Below the pieces are notes generated by a model. The model was not told the origin of the DNA and made no database searches. It was given only the letters and a program-made list of their open reading frames with translations. The position numbers and the translations under genes were made by a program. A stretch of DNA of 41,399 bases, taken from contig CAYTUX010000069.1 in the NCBI GenBank assembly GCA_964441455.1, positions 1 to 41,399 on the forward strand. Reading direction: 5' to 3'. Positions within the stretch are counted from its first letter, which is position 1. Each line of letters opens with the position of its first letter. The DNA is from an uncultured Victivallales bacterium. GTDB taxonomy: Bacteria; Verrucomicrobiota; Kiritimatiellia; JAQICX01. Shown here piece after piece: positions 8,803-19,620 of the stretch.

Positions 8803-9402
8803 TTATTTAAAAAATTTGTCTTTATTCCAATTTTGTTGATTCTCATTAATATATTTTCTGATATTTTCAAATGATTTATCATTGCGGATTATATGATCGT
8901 GAAAACGGGGTTGCCAGGCAAAATCGGCACGGATTTGACGGGCATTTTTGGTAACACCAATTTTAAACCCACGAATAATGGATGCCAGATTTTTTGATTG
9001 CCCCCCAAATTGATTTATATGATCATTGGTCGTCGCCGCGGTCGTCGTCGCGGTCGTCATCGTAGAGACGCAATGCTTTGCGTCTCTTTTATTATATTCA
9101 TTTTCACCAATTATGACAATGGCATGAAAATGATTTGGCATTATTACATATTCATCCATCATTAAATTCATATCTGGTCGCATTTCAAATGTTTTTAACC
9201 ATTCGGTTTTCACGATTTCCCCAATGGCTGACAATTTCATTTTATATGGAGACGCAAAGCATTGCGTCTCTACGATTTGTCCAAAATAACATACCCTGTT
9301 TTTGGTGCAAATGGTAACAAAATATGTGGCATTCCAACCATAATCCCAATTTTGCAATCGGGTGGATGAAATACGGTATTTGTTTTGAAATTTATCTAAC
9401 AT
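8803..9402 (-). CDS. IS200/IS605-type Y1 (HUH) transposase homolog of the REP-associated (RAYT-like) kind
   Basis: HUH motif MPNHFHAIV and C-terminal WQPRFHDHIIRNDKSFENIRKYINEN. Size 199 aa. Two palindromic REP-like units and a Thr/Ala-rich run lie in-frame. Confidence 0.8.
   Translation of the reverse strand: MLDKFQNKYRISSTRLQNWDYGWNATYFVTICTKNRVCYFGQIVETQCFASPYKMKLSAIGEIVKTEWLKTFEMRPDMNLMMDEYVIMPNHFHAIVIIGENEYNKRDAKHCVSTMTTATTTAATTNDHINQFGGQSKNLASIIRGFKIGVTKNARQIRADFAWQPRFHDHIIRNDKSFENIRKYINENQQNWNKDKFFK
9064..9087. repeat. REP-like palindrome AGAGACGCAATGCTTTGCGTCTCT inside the RAYT-like ORF
   Basis: Stem of 9-10 bp. Translates in-frame as RDAKHCVST. Confidence 0.8.
9249..9270. repeat. 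REP-like palindrome GAGACGCAAAGCATTGCGTCTC inside the RAYT-like ORF
   Basis: Identical to the copy at 8748-8769. Translates in-frame as ETQCFASP. Confidence 0.8.
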
Positions 9403-9439
9403 TATTTATCTTTTTGTTTTTATTTTTCTCTGCTTCCTC

Positions 9440-11965
9440 TTAAGCGGCAAACCGCTCTAAATTGATATAATCTTTAATGTAAACAGGAATGACTTCTCTG
9501 TATTTTGCAGCAACTGCTTTGAATTGCGAATTGGTAAGCGTTGGATTTGTATGTAATGACTGAAAATCTTTTGCTTCAATTATTTTTCTTAATTCCTTAT
9601 CCACAATATAAGCCTTAAAGAAATATTTTAAAGCCCTGGTATTGACATCTTCATCCGGCGGATAAATTGAGATAAATTTCTCAAATTCTTCTTCAAGAAG
9701 TTCATCTTTAGATTTGAATTTAGGAATTATACCAAAAATCTTTTCAACCACTTCTCGAATAGATGTTTTTCTGTCAATCTTTGCAGCCTTTCTAAGTTTC
9801 TCCAGAGTAAAATATTCTTCAGGCTTATTGAATATCTCATCTTGTATATAAGTTGTCACATATTCCCAGTTATCCAGCTGCACATTTTTCTTAATAACAT
9901 CATCCATAACAATTCTATCTTTAAACTTAAAGAGCATCTGATCAACTTTCATTCCATCGTAGCCGACCTCCTGCTCTGCAACCATTACAACCGGATCCGG
10001 TTTGATGCTTGTGAACTGGTTTGTACCTTTGGGTTCACCAGGCTTTCCTGTTCCTGTAGTAGGTTTAGGCAATTCAAGTTTCTCATCATAATCAAAAGTT
10101 TCTTCAAAATATTCACAATTTGCAAAAAAATCAAAAAGTTTATACGACTCTTTATTGTGTGTAATGATTTCATCATCACCTAATTGATCTTTATGTTTAA
10201 ATTGAAAAGTATGTTTTCTTGTTCCACGACCTTTTATCTGCACAAAGTCTGCCGGACTATAAATTGGTCTTGCCATACATAAATTAAGTAAGTCCGGACA
10301 ATCATATCCAGTGGTCATCATCCCGACAGTTACACAAACTCTTGTCTTGCTTGAAACATATCCTTCAAGCCATGTTGTCTTGCCATTCAATTTGTTATTT
10401 GAAAAATTTATAGTCATCTGCTGAGAATCATCAACCTGTGAAGTAACCTGAACTGCAAAGTCTGAGTTGTATCTGCCGGGATATAGCTCTTCTGCAAATT
10501 CATTTAAGACTTCTGCTAGCCTTCTGGCATGATTCTGACTGACAGCAAAAAAGATTGTCTTTCCAATCTCATTTGTAATAGGATCTCTAAATGCATTTTC
10601 CATAAATATTTTACATAAACTACGATTTGTCTCGTCTGAAAAGAATGTTTTTTCAAAACTACGAGGCATAAATGTGCTTTTTTCTTCACCCTCTTCTGTG
10701 TCGAAAACAATGGAATATCCTTTATCTGACAAAAGTTGAGTTGTGATTTCAGTTCTCACATCAACAACTGTTGGGTTAATCAGGAATCCATCCTTTACTC
10801 CATCAATCAAAGAGTATTGATAGGTTGGTTCGCCTCCTTCACAACCAAAAGTATTATAGGTGTCACGCAACATTCTCCGTTCAACTTCTCGCGGATCATT
10901 CTCTTTGACTTTCGAGAATTCAACACCTTTCAGATAATCTTTAGGAGTCGCTGTTAAGCCTAATTTATAACCATTAAAGTATTCAAATACTGCACGAGCA
11001 TTTCCTGATATTGATCTATGTGCTTCATCTGAAATAATTAAATCAAAGTCTGTTGGAGAAAAAAGATAGCTATACTTGTTATCAAAACTTAGTGATTGAA
11101 CTGTGGTTACTATGATATCCGCATTATGCCAATCTGTTCTATGCTCCTTGTATATAGATGTTGTGTAGTCAGGTCTTAAATAGTTGTTGAACGCTTTCCA
11201 TGCTTGATTTTCCAACTCTAATCTATCCACCAAAAACAACACACGTCTGGCATTTTGAGTTCGCAGAAACAGACGAATAATAGCGGCGGCTGTTAAAGTT
11301 TTACCCGTTCCTGTCGCCATTTCAAACAGAAAACGATCTTTATCATCGGCAACAGCTTTCTGAACTGCAAGAATGGCTGTTTTTTGATAGTTTCTTAGAA
11401 AACGCAGTCCATTATCAAAAATAAAATCATTACTAGAATCTATCGTACCGTTCCAGCCGGGCATCTCTTTGTAGTCAGGCATTTGTACTTTAACAATATA
11501 ATCATCATCAACGGGTTCCTTGACTAAAGCTTCTCGGTCAGGATTCCACTCTTTGATTGCACCAATCTCAGCTGCATTTGGAAATTTGTAAATTGGTTTG
11601 GGATTCCCCTTCTTCAAATTCCACAAAAAGTGAACAACTCCATTCGAAAGAATGACAAATTGAGCATTCACTGTTTTTGCATATTTTCTGGCTTGCTCTT
11701 TGGCAACCAATGGATGTAATTTCTCCTTTTTGGCTTCCAGAACACAAATAGGTTTATTATTGCTATCAACTAATAAGAAGTCCAATGAACCAGATTTTGT
11801 TTTTTCAAAATCATTTCCCCATGCATCAGCCTCAGTTTGAGTAATCTTAACATGATTCTCAAGCAATATATTTGCTTTCCCGTGTTCATCATCAAAAAAA
11901 CGCCAACCGGCTTCTTCAAGCAGTTTGTTAATCTTTATCCGGGCATGTGCTTCGTTATCTGACAT
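9440..11965 (-). CDS. hsdR: Type I restriction enzyme R subunit (SF2 DEAD/DEAH helicase-nuclease, EcoEI-like C-terminal region)
   Basis: N-terminal ARIKINKLLEEAGW nuclease-type region; Walker A ATGTGKT; DEAH box IISDEAHRS; later helicase motifs (QIKGRGTR). 841 aa. Confidence 0.9.
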   Translation of the reverse strand: MSDNEAHARIKINKLLEEAGWRFFDDEHGKANILLENHVKITQTEADAWGNDFEKTKSGSLDFLLVDSNNKPICVLEAKKEKLHPLVAKEQARKYAKTVNAQFVILSNGVVHFLWNLKKGNPKPIYKFPNAAEIGAIKEWNPDREALVKEPVDDDYIVKVQMPDYKEMPGWNGTIDSSNDFIFDNGLRFLRNYQKTAILAVQKAVADDKDRFLFEMATGTGKTLTAAAIIRLFLRTQNARRVLFLVDRLELENQAWKAFNNYLRPDYTTSIYKEHRTDWHNADIIVTTVQSLSFDNKYSYLFSPTDFDLIISDEAHRSISGNARAVFEYFNGYKLGLTATPKDYLKGVEFSKVKENDPREVERRMLRDTYNTFGCEGGEPTYQYSLIDGVKDGFLINPTVVDVRTEITTQLLSDKGYSIVFDTEEGEEKSTFMPRSFEKTFFSDETNRSLCKIFMENAFRDPITNEIGKTIFFAVSQNHARRLAEVLNEFAEELYPGRYNSDFAVQVTSQVDDSQQMTINFSNNKLNGKTTWLEGYVSSKTRVCVTVGMMTTGYDCPDLLNLCMARPIYSPADFVQIKGRGTRKHTFQFKHKDQLGDDEIITHNKESYKLFDFFANCEYFEETFDYDEKLELPKPTTGTGKPGEPKGTNQFTSIKPDPVVMVAEQEVGYDGMKVDQMLFKFKDRIVMDDVIKKNVQLDNWEYVTTYIQDEIFNKPEEYFTLEKLRKAAKIDRKTSIREVVEKIFGIIPKFKSKDELLEEEFEKFISIYPPDEDVNTRALKYFFKAYIVDKELRKIIEAKDFQSLHTNPTLTNSQFKAVAAKYREVIPVYIKDYINLERFAA

Positions 11966-12168
11966 TCCTTAGACATCCTTTGTCGCTTTTATAGTGGTTT
12001 AAATAATTTTCTAATAATTGTAGAGTATATTTGCTCTTTTGTACATTACTTTTTAACGAATCGTAGTAAAGAAAAGTTGCATAATCCATTAACCAAGATA
12101 ATTCTTAGTCTGGAATGACAACGTCTTAATTGTCATATTCTTTTAACCAGAAATATACTGTGTTTTTA

Positions 12169-12939
12169 TCAGAGGTTAATAAAATACATTTTAGGCCATA
12201 ATTTACCTGTTACAAGCAGTCTTTTAGAATTAGGTTCATAGGCGATGCCATTTGCAACAGCTTCAATATTCTCTTTAGTGCTTTCCGGAACAAGTTCAGA
12301 AAGATCAATCCTTTTTTCAACTTTTCCTGTCGTTGCATCAATAACAACAATCTGATTTGTCATCCAGATATTTGCATAAATCTTTTCATTGGCATATTCA
12401 AGCTCATTAAGATTGATTACAGGGATTTTTCCATCTTTAATCTCAAGTCTTTTAACAATTGAAAATGTTTTCGGATCTCGAAAAAATAGAGTTGAAGAAC
12501 CATTGCTCATAATAATGTGTTTTTCATCGTGAGTAAGCCCCCACCCTTCACCAATATATTTGAATATCTTTTCAAACTTGAGTTTTTTGATATCATACAC
12601 AAGGCATACACCAGCTTCATAGGTCAGCCAATATAGTTTGTCTTCATATATTGTTGATCCTTCACCAAAATAAAGTTTTGGTAATTTAAAAAATTTTTCT
12701 TCTTCACCATTCGGATACTTGGTCATAATAAAATGTGAAGTTCCATAGCCGCCGGTGCTTTCACATAAATAATCTTTGTAGAAAAACAGACCTTGTGTAA
12801 AATTTTTATTATTATGGTTTAAGGTTTTGGCGACAACCGCTTTTTCAATTGGAGCTTGTTTGGCGGAACAGCTTGATGTCAATACCATTGAAGCAATGGC
12901 AGCGATGATGGTTGAAAAGCGAAAAACAGAAGTCTGCAT
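12169..12939 (-). CDS. Glutaminyl-peptide cyclotransferase (beta-propeller plant/bacterial type), probable lipoprotein
   Basis: The FTQGLFFYKDYLCESTGGYGTSHF signature region is typical of glutamine cyclotransferase. Signal peptide with a lipobox-like LTSSC. The ATG at 12939 has AAGGG upstream and sits 1 nt after the atpD stop. The alternative ATG at 12966 overlaps atpD. Confidence 0.8.
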   Translation of the reverse strand: MQTSVFRFSTIIAAIASMVLTSSCSAKQAPIEKAVVAKTLNHNNKNFTQGLFFYKDYLCESTGGYGTSHFIMTKYPNGEEEKFFKLPKLYFGEGSTIYEDKLYWLTYEAGVCLVYDIKKLKFEKIFKYIGEGWGLTHDEKHIIMSNGSSTLFFRDPKTFSIVKRLEIKDGKIPVINLNELEYANEKIYANIWMTNQIVVIDATTGKVEKRIDLSELVPESTKENIEAVANGIAYEPNSKRLLVTGKLWPKMYFINL

Positions 12940-12940
12940 A

Positions 12941-14484
<1,544 letters not shown>

Positions 14485-14920
14485 AAATGTGATATTCCTC
14501 GAAATTAATTAAGATTCCCAAAAAAAATAACTTTCTTATATTATCAATAAATCTTTGTTTTGACAAGCAATAATTAATAATGTATCTTTCCTAAAGTTCA
14601 AACAACATAGTCCGGATAAGATTAACTTTCGTATAAAGGTAAAAAACAGTTGTATTTGTATAGAACTGAAATTAATAAATTTTAATGTAAGTATAAAACA
14701 CAATTTATGTTTTTATACGATTTACTAACTGAGGCTTTAGCCTGTATTATTCATAAACTTTGTGACGAAACAGCGTAGAGTGCTTAAAGTCAATGAGATA
14801 GTGCAGAATAACAGATGCAGATTTATAAACATAAATCAAATTTGTTATTCAAGCTAACTCTTTGAATTTGAGTGCAATACGCTGTTGCAGTAGATTTTTA
14901 TGAATAATTCAGGTTAGAGT

Positions 14921-14948
14921 CCATTTAGATTTTTATGAAATAAAAATC
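14921..14948. promoter_or_regulatory. 28-nt repeat copy 2 containing the perfect palindrome GATTTTTAT-GAA-ATAAAAATC, 22 nt upstream of the ileS ATG
   Basis: 9-bp inverted repeat at 14928-14948, located just 5' of the AAGGAA RBS of ileS. Matches 3656-3683 at 27 of 28 positions. Confidence 0.4.
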
Positions 14949-14970
14949 AGAAACATTTTAAGGAATAACA

Positions 14971-17900
14971 ATGTATAAACCAGTATCAAATAGAGCAGAC
15001 TTTCCTGAGGTAGAGAGAGAATCTCTGGCTTTTTGGAAAGAAAACAATACATTTCAGAAACAACTTGATAAAAACAGAGACAAACAAGAGTTTGTTTTCT
15101 ACGACGGTCCGCCGTTTGCAACAGGTCTGCCTCACTACGGTCATCTTCTGGCGGGAACAATAAAAGACATTATTCCCAGATATCAGTCAATGAAAGGCTA
15201 CTATGTTGACCGACGATTCGGTTGGGACTGTCACGGGCTGCCCATTGAAGCTCTTGCTCAAGATGCCTTAGGTCTGTCAGGAACAGCTGCAATACAAGAA
15301 GTTGGAGTTGATGTATTCAACGAACAGTGCCGTTCAATGGTTCTGAAATATGTTTCAGAATGGAGACAGACTGTCACCAGAATGGGACGTTGGGTTGACT
15401 TTGAAAACGACTACAAAACAATGGATGCCTCCTATATGGAAAGTATCTGGTGGGTTTTCAGTCAACTATGGAAACAAAACAGAATATATAAAGCATATAG
15501 AATAATGCCATACAGCTGGAAACTGACAACTCCTCTTTCAAATTTTGAAGCCGGAAACAATTATAAAGATGTACACGATCCGGCGATAACTGTCAGATTT
15601 AAAATTCTTTCAGAACAGAAGTGGGGAGAAAATGCATATATTCTTGCATGGACAACAACTCCATGGACACTACCTTCAAATCTTGCTCTCTGCGTCGGTC
15701 CTGACATTGATTACGTTGCTGTCAAAGATGCAGACTCTGAAAAAAATGATATTTATATAATGGCGAAAGCCCGTATACCTGCTTACTACAAAAAAGCAGA
15801 AGATTATGTTGTAGTTGCAGAAATGAAGGGTAGTGAAATTGCCGGGCACAAATATGAACCCTTGTTTCCATACTTTGAAGGACGGGAAAACTGCTTTCAG
15901 GTTTTGCAGAACGATTTTGTTACAACAGAAGACGGCACAGGTATTGTACATATGGCACCTGCATTTGGAGAAGACGACTATCGTATATGTACAGAAGCAG
16001 ACATAGAGCTTGTGGATCCACTGGATCGTGAGTGCAACTTTGGTCACCTTGTTCCGGAATACGAGGGTCAATTCTGCAAAGATGCCGACAAGGCAATTAT
16101 CAGACGTTTGAAAGATGAAGGCAAAATTATTCATCAAAACACAATAAAACATAGTTATCCTTTCTGTGACCGAACAGACACCCCTCTAGTATATAGAGCT
16201 ATTGAAGCCTGGTATGTACGTGTGACAGATCTGCGAGATGAACTTATAGAGAATAACAGCCAAATACATTGGGTTCCTGAACATGTGGGGGAAAAACGCT
16301 TTGGTAACTGGCTTCAGAATGCAAACGACTGGAATATAAGCAGAAATCGTTTTTGGGGATCATGTATTCCTCTTTGGATAAATGAAGAAGATGAAGAGGA
16401 TATCATATGCATTGGATCAGTTGAAGAATTGGAAAACCTTAGCGGTGTAAAAGTTGATGATCTTCACAAACACTATGTTGACAAAATCCTAATCAAAAAG
16501 GATGGCAAAACATATCGCAGAACACCTGAAGTTCTTGACTGCTGGTTTGAAAGTGGTTCAATGCCATATGCTCAATGTCATTATCCCTTTGAAAACAAAG
16601 AAAACTTTGAAACTCATTTTCCCGGGGATTTCATTGCAGAAGGACTTGATCAGACCAGAGGCTGGTTCTATACCCTTACAGTTCTTTCAACAGCACTTTT
16701 TAAAAGACCTGCATTCAAAAACGTAGTAGTTAATGGACTTATACTTGCCGAAGATGGCAAGAAAATGAGTAAGAGACTGCAAAACTATCCGGATCCAAAA
16801 GAGTTGATAAACCAATATGGAGCCGATGCAATACGTCTGTATATGATTAACTCTCCGGTCGTTCGTGCAGAAGAGCTGAAGTTTTCAGAGACAGGCGTGC
16901 AGCATCTTATGCGCGACATACTTATTCCTTTATGGAATTCATATAGTTTCTTTGTAACATATGCAAATATAGACAGCTGGCAAGCTGATTCAGGTGTTCC
17001 TCAAAAGCCCATCAACGTTCTTGACCTGTGGATTCGCAGTTCCCTTGAAACTCTTATTGAGGATGTAACTGATGCAATGGATAATTACGAGTTGCAGAAA
17101 GCAGTTCGTCCATTTGTCAGTTTCATTGAAAATCTTACAAACTGGTATATCCGCAGAAGCAGAAGAAGATTCTGGAAATCTCAGGATGATGGCGACAAAC
17201 AGCAGGCATACGCAACATTGCATTATGTTCTGCTGCAGCTTTCAAAGATCGCAGCTCCATTTATACCAATGATAAGCGAAAGTATATATAGAAATCTGAA
17301 GACAGATGATATGTCTGAGTCTGTCCACCTATGCGACTTCCCTTCAACACAAGCCGGAGAAAAAGATGTTGTACTGGAAAAACAGATGGAACTGGCAATG
17401 ATGATTGTCAAAATGGGACGTCAATTGCGTACTGACAACAACTTGAAGGTAAGACAGCCGCTTGCAACAATTCATGCCGTTACAAAAGACAGACAAGCAC
17501 TTGAATACGTAAATGCTCTTCAGGATATCATCAAAGATGAACTGAATGTTAAAGACGTTATAACCAACGACAACGAAGGAGTACTTGCTGATTATCAGGC
17601 AAAAGCCGCATTCAAAAATCTTGGACCAAAGCTTGGACCAAAGGTAAAGTTCGCTGCAAAAGAGATAGCAAACCTGAATTCAGAAGAACTTGCTGCCATT
17701 GTCAATGGCGGAACAACATCAATAACCATTGATGGAACACCCTTTGAACTTGATCAGAATGATGTTATAATCGAAAGAGTTCCAAAAGCCGGACTTGTTG
17801 TGGCGGCAGAAGGTGAAATGCTGGTGGCAATTGAAACAGAACTATCTCCTGAACTAATTCAGGAAGGACTTGCCAGAGAACTGGTAAACAAAATTCAGAA

Positions 17901-18114
17901 CATGCGTAAAACCGCTGAATATGAAGTGACTCAAAGAATCACCACTGAAATTCAAGGTGATAAGGAAATAGAAAAAGCGGTTGAAGAATTTATAGACTAC
18001 ATAAAGTCAGAAACGCTGACTCTTGATATTACTATGGTTGACTCCAATGATGAAACATTCACTCAATGGGACATCAACGGACACAACGTTTACATCAAAA
18101 CAGTTAAGACTTAA
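14971..18114 (+). CDS. ileS: Isoleucine--tRNA ligase (long, type 2-like form)
   Basis: HIGH-region PPFATGLPHYGHLL, KMSKS-region KMSKRL, and an editing-domain insertion. 1047 aa. AAGGAA RBS. Confidence 0.97.
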   Translation: MYKPVSNRADFPEVERESLAFWKENNTFQKQLDKNRDKQEFVFYDGPPFATGLPHYGHLLAGTIKDIIPRYQSMKGYYVDRRFGWDCHGLPIEALAQDALGLSGTAAIQEVGVDVFNEQCRSMVLKYVSEWRQTVTRMGRWVDFENDYKTMDASYMESIWWVFSQLWKQNRIYKAYRIMPYSWKLTTPLSNFEAGNNYKDVHDPAITVRFKILSEQKWGENAYILAWTTTPWTLPSNLALCVGPDIDYVAVKDADSEKNDIYIMAKARIPAYYKKAEDYVVVAEMKGSEIAGHKYEPLFPYFEGRENCFQVLQNDFVTTEDGTGIVHMAPAFGEDDYRICTEADIELVDPLDRECNFGHLVPEYEGQFCKDADKAIIRRLKDEGKIIHQNTIKHSYPFCDRTDTPLVYRAIEAWYVRVTDLRDELIENNSQIHWVPEHVGEKRFGNWLQNANDWNISRNRFWGSCIPLWINEEDEEDIICIGSVEELENLSGVKVDDLHKHYVDKILIKKDGKTYRRTPEVLDCWFESGSMPYAQCHYPFENKENFETHFPGDFIAEGLDQTRGWFYTLTVLSTALFKRPAFKNVVVNGLILAEDGKKMSKRLQNYPDPKELINQYGADAIRLYMINSPVVRAEELKFSETGVQHLMRDILIPLWNSYSFFVTYANIDSWQADSGVPQKPINVLDLWIRSSLETLIEDVTDAMDNYELQKAVRPFVSFIENLTNWYIRRSRRRFWKSQDDGDKQQAYATLHYVLLQLSKIAAPFIPMISESIYRNLKTDDMSESVHLCDFPSTQAGEKDVVLEKQMELAMMIVKMGRQLRTDNNLKVRQPLATIHAVTKDRQALEYVNALQDIIKDELNVKDVITNDNEGVLADYQAKAAFKNLGPKLGPKVKFAAKEIANLNSEELAAIVNGGTTSITIDGTPFELDQNDVIIERVPKAGLVVAAEGEMLVAIETELSPELIQEGLARELVNKIQNMRKTAEYEVTQRITTEIQGDKEIEKAVEEFIDYIKSETLTLDITMVDSNDETFTQWDINGHNVYIKTVKT

Positions 18115-18129
18115 CCGGCAGGATTCACA

Positions 18130-18178
18130 CTTCTTCCTAAACCATCATTTTCATATATGAATGATGAGATGGAAGAAG
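18130..18178. other. Two-part perfect hairpin just after the ileS stop (CTTCTTCC...CCATCATT / AATGATG...GGAAGAAG), with no U-tract
   Basis: Stem segments of 8 bp and 7 bp are seen directly. Neither orientation has a following T-run, so this is not a canonical intrinsic terminator. Confidence 0.3.
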
Positions 18179-18301
18179 AACCAAAGTAATTGGAGACCCC
18201 AACGAAAAAATCAGCCGGGGCGTAGTGATCGGCGGTATTTTTCTTTTTAGTTCTTCTCAATATGTATTGATCACTGCCGTCAGTGTAATCGAAACAAGTC
18301 A

Positions 18302-19264
18302 TTATTGACTGATCATTGTGAATACCCAAAACACTACAGGTATTGTGATCAGGCTTACCACGTATGTTCCGAGTGTTAATGAAGAGGCAATGGCTCCATC
18401 GCATCCATATCGAGATGCAAGCACTGCCGCAACAGCCCCAGAGGGCATTGCTGCCTCAAGGATCAGCACTTCCTCCTCAATCATTGGTAAACCCAAAAAC
18501 ATTCCACCGACACCTGCAAACAGCGGTTCTGCAATAAGTTTTATTGCCGCTATTGCAACAATTAATACTGCAAGTTTCCGAAAATTAACTGCACGCAGCA
18601 TGAGACCTATTCCAATTGCAACAAGGACTTCGAGCGAATTCCCGACAACAGTAAATATTTTATCCACAAATTTTATAACAGGATTCTGCATTGGAAAACC
18701 AATAATTGAAAAGGTTAATCCTGCCGCAAGTGCAATAAATATGGGAGAGCGCAAAAAATTTAATAGCACTGGCGCTATGCGTTCCGACTGTGTTTCGTCA
18801 CGCCCAAAGTACATCGCAAGAGCAGCACCGATCGTGAATCCGGGGATGCAGGCACCGAATTCGCCGATAATCATTGCATCCATCATGGCATCTGAATTTC
18901 CTGCAAACACCTGGCTGATTAAGGTGTAGCCCAAAGTTGATGAACTGCCAAAGCCTGCAACCAGGGTGAATGCCCCGAGTTGTTTTCGATTGAGTCCAAG
19001 CCGGCTGCCAACCATCCATCCTAAAAAACAGCACAACAATATTGACATCAACATGAGGGCTGCGGGGATCATCTTCCCTAATGAAAATGTTCCACCTGAA
19101 ACACTTACGAAAATGAGGGCAGGCAGAGCATAATCGGTAACAAGCCGAGAAAATATCGACTCATGTTCATGTGAAACAATGCCGCGTTTTTTCAGCCAAT
19201 ACGTAAACAGTATCAAAAAACAAAGAATCAGGACTGATTCGAGAAGATTATAAAATTGTGTCAT
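18302..19264 (-). CDS. AEC (auxin efflux carrier) family permease
   Basis: 320 aa with about 10 hydrophobic segments. The N-terminal pattern LLESVLILCFLI...FSRLVTDYALPALIF is typical of Mem_trans/AEC proteins. Confidence 0.8.
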   Translation of the reverse strand: MTQFYNLLESVLILCFLILFTYWLKKRGIVSHEHESIFSRLVTDYALPALIFVSVSGGTFSLGKMIPAALMLMSILLCCFLGWMVGSRLGLNRKQLGAFTLVAGFGSSSTLGYTLISQVFAGNSDAMMDAMIIGEFGACIPGFTIGAALAMYFGRDETQSERIAPVLLNFLRSPIFIALAAGLTFSIIGFPMQNPVIKFVDKIFTVVGNSLEVLVAIGIGLMLRAVNFRKLAVLIVAIAAIKLIAEPLFAGVGGMFLGLPMIEEEVLILEAAMPSGAVAAVLASRYGCDGAIASSLTLGTYVVSLITIPVVFWVFTMISQ

Positions 19265-19330
19265 TGGAACATTTACCCTTTCAAAATATACTTTAGTAAA
19301 ATAGACCGTTTTTTTTCGTTGCTAGAGTTG

Positions 19331-19618
19331 TCATATATTTTCCTTTATCGAAAGACTCAAATCAGCGGTACTGCATTTGTCTTGTTCAATCATTTTAGCT
19401 TTTAAATGTTCGGGGGCAAAATCCGCATCATTTGGCCAGCCGATGTTGTGAAGTATGGGGGATAGAGTAAATTGTTTGAAAAGAGAGATATCTTTTAGTG
19501 GTTCAAAAACCATCCCCCATAGGGAATCCTTTAAATCAACCTCGTCTTGAATTCCATCATTGAAAACCAAATGAACCTTATAGTCTGATGAATATTTTGC
19601 GTCAATAACTTCAAGCAT
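19331..19618 (-). CDS. DUF2442-family small protein
   Basis: MLEVIDAKYSSDYKVHLVFNDG...GWPNDADFAPEHL matches the DUF2442 pattern. The start was moved to the ATG at 19618, because the longer ORF-track version overlaps the upstream gene. Confidence 0.65.
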   Translation of the reverse strand: MLEVIDAKYSSDYKVHLVFNDGIQDEVDLKDSLWGMVFEPLKDISLFKQFTLSPILHNIGWPNDADFAPEHLKAKMIEQDKCSTADLSLSIKENI

Positions 19619-19620
19619 AA

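Noticed and set aside
8686-8874. 62-aa ORF (..RRKALRRKALRLY..)
   Set aside because: It is a translation of the REP-like palindrome and its half copy, and it is antisense to the 3' end of the RAYT-like gene.
12095-12135. Hairpin GAATGACAA...TTGTCATATTC as the terminator of the glutaminyl cyclase gene
   Set aside because: The T-run follows the stem only on the plus strand, where there is nothing to terminate. On the minus strand no U-tract follows.
14485-14970. T-box or other known riboswitch leader upstream of ileS
   Set aside because: I could not find the conserved T-box sequence (AATTAGGGTGGTACCGCG-like), a specifier loop, or a terminator/antiterminator pair. Only generic inverted repeats are present.
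18318-18929. 203-aa plus-strand ORF, together with other long antisense ORFs (e.g. 15676..16152, 20615..21229, 21999..22466, 2967..3407, 35922..36266)
   Set aside because: Each lies fully antisense to a well-supported gene. They have low-complexity or biased composition and no motifs.
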